This document shows positions 40,378 through 49,630 of a DNA stretch of 64,000 bases, one piece after another. The notes beneath the pieces were generated by a model. The model was not told where the DNA came from and did not search any database. It saw nothing but the letters and a program-made list of their open reading frames with translations. Every line of letters begins with the position of its first letter. The stretch's first letter is position 1. A program made the position numbers and the translations under genes. The DNA lies in IMG/VR virus record IMGVR_UViG_3300033073_000738, positions 57,015 through 121,014 of that record. One strand, given 5' to 3'. The stretch comes from a virus. Its lineage: Duplodnaviria > Caudoviricetes.

Positions 40378-40923
40378 TTATTTACAAGAATTGGTCAATT
40401 TGACCAGTTGTTTCTGTGCATATAAAAGAAGCTCCATCCCTATAGCTGGATCATGGCAATATTCTACTTTGACTTTAGCTGCGTCAATGAAATTCTTGAT
40501 GAGATTGAGCTCCTCTAACTCTTCCTTTACATCGGCGTCTGGCTCACATGCATCAAGTTCTAAACGACAAAGTTGTTTGAAATACAAGTTGTTTGTCTGA
40601 GATACCCTGAGATGCTGATACTCTACATATACATTACTATTAGGGCTTACTGAATAGCGTATGGTGTAAATACCATCTGGTATCTGACCTGCACTTTCAG
40701 AGCAACCCGTGGTTTGTATACCCAATGTACAACCGTTAAGAACCAAGTTGAAGTTGGGCAGAACATCAATATTCACAGGTACGTTGAACCCTGGGGAAGT
40801 GATCTGTAAAAGACCACAGTCTACAGCCAAATCATTGCTGTATAGACTTGTATCAAAAACCCGAAGAACACTGGTGTTGTTCGTTTCAGGGACTTCTAAA
40901 CTTAGAATATGTTTATTCGCCAT
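40378..40923 (-). CDS. Putative virion structural protein
   Basis: 181 aa; IPDGIYTIRYSV motif; first gene after a promoter. Confidence 0.55.
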   Translation of the reverse strand: MANKHILSLEVPETNNTSVLRVFDTSLYSNDLAVDCGLLQITSPGFNVPVNIDVLPNFNLVLNGCTLGIQTTGCSESAGQIPDGIYTIRYSVSPNSNVYVEYQHLRVSQTNNLYFKQLCRLELDACEPDADVKEELEELNLIKNFIDAAKVKVEYCHDPAIGMELLLYAQKQLVKLTNSCK

Positions 40924-40967
40924 GTATGTAAACTTGATATAGTTATGGGAAATTTAATGTAGAGGTT

Positions 40968-41006
40968 CTCAATAATAATATACCCAAAAATGACCACTTC
41001 TCCAAA
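40968..41006 (-). promoter_or_regulatory. Promoter TTTG-N19-GTATATTATTATTGAG
   Basis: Same motif family with the 19-nt spacer. Confidence 0.65.
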
Positions 41007-41010
41007 AACA

Positions 41011-41050
41011 AAAAGGGAGACGGACAGTTAAAGTCCATCTCCCAATTTTT
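41011..41050 (-). terminator. Intrinsic terminator (possibly bidirectional)
   Basis: GGGAGACGGAC/GTCCATCTCCC stem flanked by A and T runs. Confidence 0.7.
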
Positions 41051-41066
41051 ATAGGATACCTATTAA

Positions 41067-42719
41067 TTAGAAGGTTTCCAATGTTACAGCAGTACCACCT
41101 TGAGCAGCATTTGCAGTGCCGACTACCCAGTTAGTAAAGTTGGTAAGTCCTGTACCGGCTGCAGCAATAGAACCAGCAGGAAGATAAATCTGAATCAAAT
41201 ACTGATCAGTATCAAACATTCCAGTAGGATTGTTAAACCTAGGAACACTGTGAAGAATCAGAATCTGATCATAGTATGAAGAACGGCTAACAGAACCAGT
41301 TACAGAAGAGTTGAACATAGGATTCTGCTCAATTTCCCTCATCCTGAAACTATCTACGCGGCTGCTGTCAGGAAAAGCTTCTTGACGATAACGTCCTTCA
41401 AGAATCAAATCACGTAATACAGTTTCACCGTATCCAGTTGCTTGTGAAGGAGCTTGTAACTCAACACCATGACTAGAAAGATAAGGAGAGGTGGCACTTG
41501 TATTTGCAACAAACGTAGTGCTTAAGTTAGTATTATTAAGCTCATCTACTACAGATGCATATATAATCACAGGCTCAAGTTCATACTTGTCTGTAGGAGT
41601 AAAAGTAGCATTACCAAAAACAGTATCTACATAACCACCAGTAAGCTCCATAAAACATTCGCCAATAGCTGCAGAAAAGTTACCAGTTTGAGCGGAGTTA
41701 TCAGCTTCTGTGGTTAAAATCAGAGCTCCTGATGTAGCTGCAGCAATTGTTTGAGCAGTTCCTACAGTGCCATTTGTCAAAATGGTTGTACCAGGAATAT
41801 AAGTAGCGGTTCCTGCAGTTGCAACTCCGTTTTCTGTAGCTGAATAAGTATCAAGATACATTTTGTATACAGTTGCTGTAGTTGCTACAACGGCAGTATG
41901 TGGAGGAAACTTAACAGTAACACTTACGTTGCTTGATACTGCAGTAATAAAAGAGTTAGCCGGAAGACCTGCACCAGTAATCCTCATACCAACATATGCA
42001 CCGGTTGTACTAGCTGTAGGGATTGTAATCTGTGTAGTAGATCCGCCTGTACCAGCACCTGATGCAGTAATAGAAGCTTTGTAAACGTAAGTCCTAGCTT
42101 GAACTATTTGATTAAGCAAAGGGGAACCGTTGATTTGCTCTTTCCAACCAAGCATAACAACACTTGGGTCTCTCCATACGTTTGCTGCAGTTGCACCAAC
42201 AACACCAGTATAAGCATCCAAAGTGCGATACAACTGATGATTCAAAAACCTAAGAGCAGGTGAACCTTTAACATCAAGACGAAGGCGGTAAGTTTGGTTA
42301 ACAGCTACAAAAGCACTAGCATTTACCCTAACAACTTGGTTAAGTGGTGTTTTAGATTTGATTGCAATCACACGATTTACATACCTAGGATTGATGATCT
42401 TTGACTTGATAGACTCTTGATATCCACCATGAGCACCAATCTTGTCGCTGTAACCACTTGATTTGTACCATGAACCCATGGCCAAATAATAAGGCTGAGC
42501 TGTGTAACCACTACCAGTGCTGTAAGGAGCAACGTTAGTAGCAATAGTTGCACCATTGTTGTATACCAAATTTTGGTTAGCAGCTACCCTGACAATACCA
42601 AGTTGACCGGCAAGCAGAGCATTTGTACTTGCAGCAGCATTTGCTACAGTCAAGTCAAGAGTTGATAGACCATTAGGTCCGATAAAAAACGCTTTTTTGT
42701 AAGCATGTGGGAAATACAT
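41067..42719 (-). CDS. Structural protein (crAss gene 73-like; probable auxiliary capsid protein)
   Basis: MYFPHAY N-terminus, YRLRLDVKGSPALRFLNH, ILHSVPRFNNPTG; conserved position after gene 74. Confidence 0.65.
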   Translation of the reverse strand: MYFPHAYKKAFFIGPNGLSTLDLTVANAAASTNALLAGQLGIVRVAANQNLVYNNGATIATNVAPYSTGSGYTAQPYYLAMGSWYKSSGYSDKIGAHGGYQESIKSKIINPRYVNRVIAIKSKTPLNQVVRVNASAFVAVNQTYRLRLDVKGSPALRFLNHQLYRTLDAYTGVVGATAANVWRDPSVVMLGWKEQINGSPLLNQIVQARTYVYKASITASGAGTGGSTTQITIPTASTTGAYVGMRITGAGLPANSFITAVSSNVSVTVKFPPHTAVVATTATVYKMYLDTYSATENGVATAGTATYIPGTTILTNGTVGTAQTIAAATSGALILTTEADNSAQTGNFSAAIGECFMELTGGYVDTVFGNATFTPTDKYELEPVIIYASVVDELNNTNLSTTFVANTSATSPYLSSHGVELQAPSQATGYGETVLRDLILEGRYRQEAFPDSSRVDSFRMREIEQNPMFNSSVTGSVSRSSYYDQILILHSVPRFNNPTGMFDTDQYLIQIYLPAGSIAAAGTGLTNFTNWVVGTANAAQGGTAVTLETF

Positions 42720-42762
42720 AATTAAAAAATTAAGGGGTTAATAAAAATATAAACAAAAAATT

Positions 42763-43176
42763 CTATTTTAAGAAAAGCAATTTGTACTTGATACTGTTGA
42801 TTGTACTCTTGATGTTATCCAGATCGTTTACAATCTCAGAATATGGCATATCATTTTGTAATGCACTGACCATTTCCTTCATCTCACGGAGATAAGCCAA
42901 GCCTTCTTGTACACTATTAAGTGTCCTGGGTGCTTTATCTTCGTATTCTAACAGCTTCTCTGCAGCACCTTGGAAAGCTTCAGCTAAATCATCAGCGTGA
43001 TCTGGTAGAGCGTCATACAGCTCATTCAGAGCTTTGTGACCAGCATAAGAACCAACACCTGTAATCTTAAGATGAAGCTTGTGGATACTTGTCCTGGCGT
43101 TCATCAATTCAGATATACAAGCAGATGTTTTGCTCTCTAGAGATCCTCCATTATTTGGACGTTGTAATTTCATCAT
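42763..43176 (-). CDS. Dps/ferritin-like protein (DUF5856-like)
   Basis: HKLHL...SYAGHKALNELYD...DDLAEAFQG...KYKL four-helix ferritin-like motif. Confidence 0.75.
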   Translation of the reverse strand: MMKLQRPNNGGSLESKTSACISELMNARTSIHKLHLKITGVGSYAGHKALNELYDALPDHADDLAEAFQGAAEKLLEYEDKAPRTLNSVQEGLAYLREMKEMVSALQNDMPYSEIVNDLDNIKSTINSIKYKLLFLK

Positions 43177-43178
43177 AA

Positions 43179-43880
43179 TTAACTATTACGTTGACTATTT
43201 TGCAACTCACGTTGATATTGAGACATGCTCTCTATATCACCAGCTAAAATTGCAGCAGCTTCATCAATAAGGATTTCTACAATATCATCAGTAAAACCAC
43301 ATATCTGATCTGTTTTAAAAGTGCTACCTGTAGCAGGATTGACGCACCCTTTAAACTGTACATCTGTAGGTCGTTTGTAGTATGTCAGATTTGTTGAGGT
43401 GACCTTGAACTTATTGTCAGTATAGACCCTCACTTTGTTTCCGACCAGTGTAGCAAATGTCTCAGCCCATTCAAAGTTTGGTTGTCGTAGACTATCTCTT
43501 AACAACACTCCTACATTGGCTTCTTCAGCCTCATATACTGTAAAACTTCTGGGCGGACAACATTCTGCTTCACCATTTGCATCCACTCTTACAAAATGTA
43601 GATAGTTATCTGGAAGTACCTGGCTTTCAAAATACCTGTCTTGTTTGGTCATTATCATATCCATCTGAACCAAAAGTTGCTGCAGGTCATCTATCAAACC
43701 ACTGGATTGTTCAGCACCCTCTTTACGAATGTTCATACCATAAAGCTGTCTCCTGGTCCACTCTAGCTGCGCTTTGTTGAAAGCTTCTTGGACCATCCAA
43801 CATTCAATGTTGTCATAATCCATGCTAGCCAACTTATTGAGCCTTTGCTTTATTTTTATTTGTAAGAGGTTGTTGTTCAT
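43179..43880 (-). CDS. Ring/head-tail connector protein (crAss gene 74-like)
   Basis: FNKAQ, LPDNYLH, Y(Y)KRP, EILIDEAA motifs; position. Confidence 0.7.
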   Translation of the reverse strand: MNNNLLQIKIKQRLNKLASMDYDNIECWMVQEAFNKAQLEWTRRQLYGMNIRKEGAEQSSGLIDDLQQLLVQMDMIMTKQDRYFESQVLPDNYLHFVRVDANGEAECCPPRSFTVYEAEEANVGVLLRDSLRQPNFEWAETFATLVGNKVRVYTDNKFKVTSTNLTYYKRPTDVQFKGCVNPATGSTFKTDQICGFTDDIVEILIDEAAAILAGDIESMSQYQRELQNSQRNS

Positions 43881-43886
43881 AGTTTA

Positions 43887-44900
43887 TCAGACATTCCAGT
43901 ATTTTTCTACCTTTTTAGTAAGATTCATAAGAATTTCCTCGTTCAAAGGATTCTTCAAAAACTCTGCTACATCTGCTGATGTTCGTCCCATCATTGTGCT
44001 TGTTTCCATATGGTATACAAAACCGTCAGCTTTACTTGCTATAAACTTGTAATAGGTAGAATCTTTTACAATCGTTCTGATTTTCAAAGTCTCCATATCC
44101 AAAGACACAGCATCTAAGAAACGTTCAGCTGTGCGTCGTTTATCTTTTTCAATCAGATCTCCGTTGATGTATTTGTCCATGTTGTCATAGATAATATCAT
44201 TAGGAGTTGACTTTTTGTATTGAGCTGAGTTTGGATCCAGAATCTTAGCCACATAGAACAGCTTGTTCTGATTCTTATCAAACAGTTTCTGAAGCTCAGC
44301 CAGGGCTTTGTTACGAAGTTTCTTAACCTCTGTCTGAATTGATGCTGTTTCTTCAAGCCTATCTAGATAAAACTTAGGTACAATAGGTGACTTTCTTGCT
44401 TCATCCAAACTCTTAGCGACCATTGAAAACCCACCTGCTTCAATCGCATACATCCTTATAAGATCGTATGGGTCTTTATCAGGCTCCAAAAACACAGGCT
44501 CATTACCGCATCGTATCTTGATTTTATCCCAAAACTCGAAATTGTCAGCTTTGAGCAACTTTACCTTGTTCCAGAAATCTTTATCATTTGGGTCAATCAC
44601 ATTTGCAGCTAGTTCTTTTTCTAATTGACAAACAACTTGGCGAATCTGTTTGATTTTAGCTTCTTGTTCATCAGGAGAAAGCAACTTCACTTCTGGTGCA
44701 AACTCATTTAAACCGGTTATGTAACGTTTGATTCCATTGATTTCTAAACAAGCAAGTTGTTCTTCATGAAAAGCTCCATCAAAAAGACTCAATCCATATT
44801 TCTGCAAACCCATGTTTTCCAAAATAGGATCAAAATAAGGACGAATAGCAATTGTGGACCTTTTGTTTTGAGGATACTTTTCTACAATAGTTACACTCAT
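43887..44900 (-). CDS. Conserved crAss-like protein (gene 75-like)
   Basis: RYITGLNE, FWDKIKI, FLKNPLNEEIL motifs; position downstream of MCP. Confidence 0.7.
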   Translation of the reverse strand: MSVTIVEKYPQNKRSTIAIRPYFDPILENMGLQKYGLSLFDGAFHEEQLACLEINGIKRYITGLNEFAPEVKLLSPDEQEAKIKQIRQVVCQLEKELAANVIDPNDKDFWNKVKLLKADNFEFWDKIKIRCGNEPVFLEPDKDPYDLIRMYAIEAGGFSMVAKSLDEARKSPIVPKFYLDRLEETASIQTEVKKLRNKALAELQKLFDKNQNKLFYVAKILDPNSAQYKKSTPNDIIYDNMDKYINGDLIEKDKRRTAERFLDAVSLDMETLKIRTIVKDSTYYKFIASKADGFVYHMETSTMMGRTSADVAEFLKNPLNEEILMNLTKKVEKYWNV

Positions 44901-44954
44901 CTTTTGGTTTTTTTGGTTTTATTATAACAATGTCTAAATACTAGACAGATCTTT

Positions 44955-47762
44955 TTATGCTTGAGCTTCAGTCCAAGAAATACGACCAAATACTCCTGCA
45001 CCATTGCTAATCAAAGCTGTAACTACAACTGTAATTACATCTGGACCATCAGGATATATTTGTGAGTTAACAGCAGTACTACCACCTCCAAGAATTGAAT
45101 TACTCAAATCTCTAACTTTTGTTAAATCATAAGAACTTACACCGTATGTAGTAGTACTAGATGAGTTTACATAAAAACCGTACACCACTTCACCACCGCT
45201 TACTGTCCTTGATGCTCCATGTACACATATTTGAGCAAGGGAAGAACCACCTACGTTAACCCATGGATCAGCTGCACTCACTGTACCATTAATTACTAAT
45301 TGTATCAAATAGTTACCTGCAGCATATATTCCAATACTTTGAAGAGAAAGCTGCATTCTATTGATTAACTCTTTAACTCCAAAAGCATTTGCACTACCGT
45401 TATCTACAGAAGGTGCTAACCTAATAGACATTAGAGCAAATCGCTGAAGTGCAGTACTTACCAGTAATGCAGTTGTTGTACCTGATGTAAATATAAATTG
45501 TTTATCATCATCAAAACGTCCATCCATAATTACTGAGCTACCCCAGTGTGATATAATAGGAGCAAATGTGGGTGCTAATGATTCAACTGATGTAGGAGCT
45601 GTAGCTGAATAAGTAAATGTTTGACCAGTAGTACCAGTACCCATTGGAGGAAATATCACACCTGTTGGGTTAAGTGTAGTACTTGCACTGCTAAATGTTA
45701 CAGTATTTGCAGAAACCGACGCGATATAAGTACCATCAGGAAAAGAGGAAGATATTACACGCATACCTGCTTGTAAATTTGTTGCAGATGCAACTGTACC
45801 TACATTAGATCCTATTGCAATAGTAACTGCAATACCTGATGCTTCACCAGCTTTTGAATGTGTACATCCTGTAAATGATGTACTAGTTTTACCAGTGTAA
45901 TTTATATAGTCATATGTACCAGCACTATTTCTTAATAAGATTGCTCCGCTATTAGCAAATCCTAAAGTACTAACTACGTTTATAGTAGCATCTGCTGGAT
46001 TTACAGTAGCTGTTGTAGTTGTTACATAAGGAAATGTACTAGTTTCATAACGTGCTGGAATATTTCCAGTACGCATATATGCTTCATAGTTTACATTATT
46101 ATTAGCAATTTTATGAACATAAGTGATAACACCATTAGTTCCTCTTAATCCCCATCGTATAGCACCTGCTCCATACCAAGAGTAATCAATAAAGAACATT
46201 TGCATTTTGGTAAGATCCACAGTAAATCCTGAAGGACCTGTACCATCCATTTTATCTACGTTCCAACTAGATTGTGGTATTTTAGTATCCACTGTTTTTG
46301 TAATTACAGCGGAAGCTGGTGCAGCAATACTAGGGCCTCTATAAGAAGGATTGATGGTCATAGAGGTATCAGAAGCAATAGAATGCACTCTGTAAGAAGC
46401 TCCTTTGATTACAATATAATCACCAACACTCAATTGTTTAGAAAATACTGTATTAATACCAGTTACAGCATTGCTACCGTTTGTTACAGTAGCTGTACCT
46501 GCAATTTGGTAAGTGGAAGCTCTTCTTACAACATAAAGAGTAGTTCCGTCAAACTCAAAAAACAGACCGTTTTGATCGTCAAACAAGCCAAGCTTTACAG
46601 AGCCACCGGACCAGCTATTAACTGATACGTTATATGTACCACTAGCTGTTGTTACACCAGGAGCTCCTAAAGCAGTATAAGTAAATGATGTAGGAGATAC
46701 GACGTTTGTTACAGTAAATGTACCATTGTAAGCTCCTTCATTGCAACCATTCACTATTATAGTAGCTCCAACTTGTAAGTTATGTGCCTCCTTGGTATTT
46801 ACAGTGATTGTGGTACCAGAAGCTGTAATCAGATCGGGTGTAAAAGAAGGTTTCATTATAGAACCCGTAGAAAACTGGATTCCTTTACCCGACTGATACC
46901 TGAAATACTTTCTGGTCTGACGGATCAGTTGTTCGTATTTAGATTGAGCATTAGAAGAGAATTTAACACCTCCATCGTAAGCTCTATGTAATGCACTACC
47001 TTGAGGACGATTGTATATCAATCCACCTGTAGGAGCAGCTGCAGGAGCAGTCAAACAGTAATATTCAAATACTGTATCACTTACTATACGTGCTACACAC
47101 CAACTACCATTTGCATTAGCTTGTGATGTATTTGTTACACTAATTTCATTTCCAATAGCTAGACCATGCGGAACTGTAGTTGTTACACGGATGAGTGTAC
47201 CAGCAGTCCATGTAAATGTTGGTGCACCACCTATAGCAGCACCGGTATAAATAAATCCTTGATAAAGATTGGTCACACCAGCGTTTAGAATTGATCCTGT
47301 GGTTGGAGCCGGATATTGTGCAGTATAAGTGAAAGTAGTTCCTGTTGCATTTGCAATAAACAATCCATTAGCTCCCATAAAGGTTGCATCCTGAATATAT
47401 ACAGGTGTACCAGCTGTTATAGAAGTTCCTGTTGTAATACTTATAACTCTAGATCCAGCTGTACTACTAATTGCAGTGACAGCAATAGGAGTTTGTATGT
47501 TGTAATAAGCAAAAGGACGATTATTAGTCATATTCAATGTCTCCCACTTAGTAGGTTGTGTACCATACTCAAAGTCGGTATCAATCAATGCTTGTGGAGA
47601 TGAAATCCTCATTTTTTGAACGGGATCTGTATACTCTTCAGCTGTCTGTATATTAACAGGCAAAGAATTATACTTAGACAAACCCACTCCGTTTAAAGTA
47701 ACATCTTTAAAAGTAGAAGAGGTATACGTTCTTATAATGATATCATCAGATTGTTGAGACAT
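44955..47762 (-). CDS. Large beta-rich virion protein, candidate head fibre/decoration
   Basis: 935 aa; DPVQKMRISSPQALIDTDFEYG, repeated T...H(G/N)L..G..I.V...NG modules, IDYSWYGAGAIRWG; A/T-ending codon bias. Confidence 0.6.
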   Translation of the reverse strand: MSQQSDDIIIRTYTSSTFKDVTLNGVGLSKYNSLPVNIQTAEEYTDPVQKMRISSPQALIDTDFEYGTQPTKWETLNMTNNRPFAYYNIQTPIAVTAISSTAGSRVISITTGTSITAGTPVYIQDATFMGANGLFIANATGTTFTYTAQYPAPTTGSILNAGVTNLYQGFIYTGAAIGGAPTFTWTAGTLIRVTTTVPHGLAIGNEISVTNTSQANANGSWCVARIVSDTVFEYYCLTAPAAAPTGGLIYNRPQGSALHRAYDGGVKFSSNAQSKYEQLIRQTRKYFRYQSGKGIQFSTGSIMKPSFTPDLITASGTTITVNTKEAHNLQVGATIIVNGCNEGAYNGTFTVTNVVSPTSFTYTALGAPGVTTASGTYNVSVNSWSGGSVKLGLFDDQNGLFFEFDGTTLYVVRRASTYQIAGTATVTNGSNAVTGINTVFSKQLSVGDYIVIKGASYRVHSIASDTSMTINPSYRGPSIAAPASAVITKTVDTKIPQSSWNVDKMDGTGPSGFTVDLTKMQMFFIDYSWYGAGAIRWGLRGTNGVITYVHKIANNNVNYEAYMRTGNIPARYETSTFPYVTTTTATVNPADATINVVSTLGFANSGAILLRNSAGTYDYINYTGKTSTSFTGCTHSKAGEASGIAVTIAIGSNVGTVASATNLQAGMRVISSSFPDGTYIASVSANTVTFSSASTTLNPTGVIFPPMGTGTTGQTFTYSATAPTSVESLAPTFAPIISHWGSSVIMDGRFDDDKQFIFTSGTTTALLVSTALQRFALMSIRLAPSVDNGSANAFGVKELINRMQLSLQSIGIYAAGNYLIQLVINGTVSAADPWVNVGGSSLAQICVHGASRTVSGGEVVYGFYVNSSSTTTYGVSSYDLTKVRDLSNSILGGGSTAVNSQIYPDGPDVITVVVTALISNGAGVFGRISWTEAQA

Positions 47763-47781
47763 AGTTGTATTATAAATTTGA

Positions 47782-47837
47782 ACCTGTTAAGAGCTGCAAG
47801 CTCCCTAGATGATCAGTCTAGTATGCGTACAACAGGT
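47782..47837 (-). ncRNA. Mini tRNA-like three-way-junction RNA lacking a D-arm
   Basis: CCUGUUG/UAACAGG stem, 8-nt linker, CUAGA-CUGAUCA-UCUAG arm, GGAGC-UUGCA-GCUCU arm. Confidence 0.5.
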
Positions 47838-47850
47838 AGAGGGTAAAAAG

Positions 47851-47909
47851 ACTTAGACTAGTGAGGGTGTTTTATCCAACTAAGTTGGTAGCTGCTATCC
47901 TTTCTAAGT
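47851..47909 (-). ncRNA. Candidate structured RNA
   Basis: ACUUAGA/UCUAAGU closing stem enclosing a CCAAC-UUA-GUUGG hairpin. Confidence 0.35.
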
Positions 47910-47935
47910 ACTGTTACTGTATACATATACCAGAG

Positions 47936-47959
47936 CCCCAGGGATTTTAACCCCTGGGG
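47936..47959 (-). terminator. GC-rich hairpin just after the MCP stop (attenuator or mRNA stabiliser; no U tract)
   Basis: CCCCAGGG/CCCTGGGG inverted repeat. Confidence 0.55.
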
Positions 47960-47972
47960 ATGATATTATATA

Positions 47973-49595
47973 TTAGAATGAACCACCAGTCACAGGGTTC
48001 CTCATGACAATCTTCAATACCTTGGTGGGGTCTTTAACCCAGATAGCCGGCATTGTTTGAGTCATGTAAACTCGGTAACCGTTGAAGTTTCCAGAAGACT
48101 GGAATCCTTGGGTACGACCCATGTAGTCCATAGTACCGTTTTGGTAGAACCACTTAAGTTGATTGTCCCAAGAAAGCTTCAGCAAGAAGATATTATCGTT
48201 AGTGTTATCGGTAATATCAAAGATGATGAAGTTGTAAGAAGACAGAGGGAAACCATCAATGATGGGGTTCTCAATGTCATTGGTGTGAATGTTGTCAAAC
48301 GCAGGGTTAAGAACAAACTGAACATTAGCCAAGAAAGGAATAATGTACTGAGTGTAAGCATAACCAAAGTTGAGGTCCATACCTTTACCACTGATAGCTC
48401 CAAGCTCGTGAGCGTTGAGAACCAAACCAGAGTTTACAGCCTCTTTCTTAATTGCTTCATTCACCAGTTTCATACCGCCCATACCGGTTTGTACAACCAG
48501 CTTGCGCTTGGGATCAGGTCCTTGAAACTCCACCTTACCGTTGAAGAAGTTGAAGATCTCAGATTTGAACAGATCCAGGTTGAAACTAGACTTATTGTAA
48601 ATACGTTTAAAGGAGTTATCAAGCTGTTTCCACAGACCTACAGACAAACGAATGTCATCAGGACCGTCTTGCTTAATCTTACCACCTTGTCCCCACATGA
48701 GATAGTTCTCAATGTCGTTTGCAATCTTGGTAAGGTGAGCAGCTTCCAAAGTAGTAAGGAAAGAACGAGTAAGCTGACCAGACTGATAAGCTTTCTTTAC
48801 ATAGTCCTTACCCATTTTAGCAGCCATAGTTTCCAGACTAGTAACAGAAGGATCGTCGTTAGCTCCAAAATTCCTCCAAAGCTCAATTACAGGTACACTA
48901 CCATCAGCTTTCATACCACCCTTCATCATCAGGTCAGCACGAGAAGAGATAGAATAATGTACGTGAGCTTCAGCACCACCTACGTAGTTGTAGAATTCAC
49001 GGAAACCAGAAGACACGTTACCGATGTCAGAGAAACGCTCTCCGTATTCTCCACGGGCAGAACCTTTACGGAAGTACTTAGTACCAGCACGAAGAAAGTT
49101 CTTGTTAATAGCAGTACCGTTAGAGTTATTTACCAGCTGTACGGTGTAGATAAAACCATCACCTGCGGGAATAATCTCATCCATAGGAGAAACATACAAT
49201 TCAACACCGTTATATTTGTCATAAGTGATGATATCACCATGTCCAAAAAAACGTTTGTTGAATTTTACCCTGAATTGAGAACCATCAATACCTCTGGTAT
49301 CACTGGTAGGTTCAAGGTCTTCAACAATGTAAGGGAGATCTTGAGCAACTGGGATTTGCCATTTGTACTCTCCACGAGCATTGTCTACAGAAATAACGTT
49401 TTTACCACCGAAACTGGACATTTGGTACAGGGGCATTTCTACCTTCTGTGCCATAGCCCACAGATCAACTGGACCGAGGTCAGTTGGTTCTGCTGATTTA
49501 AGCAGGTTAGAAAGGTGGTAAGAATCTACGTGTGAACTAGTTGTATAGTTTGTATCCCGTAGAAAGATACCATTGTTTAAAACTGGTGTTGGCAT
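47973..49595 (-). CDS. Major capsid protein
   Basis: 540 aa; directly after the scaffold-like gene; YLMWGQGG, GLWKQL, MPAIWVKDPTK motifs of crAss-like MCP; strongly biased codons. Confidence 0.9.
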   Translation of the reverse strand: MPTPVLNNGIFLRDTNYTTSSHVDSYHLSNLLKSAEPTDLGPVDLWAMAQKVEMPLYQMSSFGGKNVISVDNARGEYKWQIPVAQDLPYIVEDLEPTSDTRGIDGSQFRVKFNKRFFGHGDIITYDKYNGVELYVSPMDEIIPAGDGFIYTVQLVNNSNGTAINKNFLRAGTKYFRKGSARGEYGERFSDIGNVSSGFREFYNYVGGAEAHVHYSISSRADLMMKGGMKADGSVPVIELWRNFGANDDPSVTSLETMAAKMGKDYVKKAYQSGQLTRSFLTTLEAAHLTKIANDIENYLMWGQGGKIKQDGPDDIRLSVGLWKQLDNSFKRIYNKSSFNLDLFKSEIFNFFNGKVEFQGPDPKRKLVVQTGMGGMKLVNEAIKKEAVNSGLVLNAHELGAISGKGMDLNFGYAYTQYIIPFLANVQFVLNPAFDNIHTNDIENPIIDGFPLSSYNFIIFDITDNTNDNIFLLKLSWDNQLKWFYQNGTMDYMGRTQGFQSSGNFNGYRVYMTQTMPAIWVKDPTKVLKIVMRNPVTGGSF

Positions 49596-49630
49596 GTGCC
49601 TTTAAGTTTATAGGGTTAGGAATTAAAAAA

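Noticed and set aside
47800-47825. Hammerhead ribozyme core
   Set aside because: The loop reads CUGAUCA, not CUGANGA, sits in a hairpin loop and has no GAAA partner.
48057-49496. 479-aa plus-strand ORF antisense to the MCP gene
   Set aside because: It is in codon register with MCP and explained by MCP's biased codon usage (avoidance of TTA/CTA/TCA). The translation is not protein-like.
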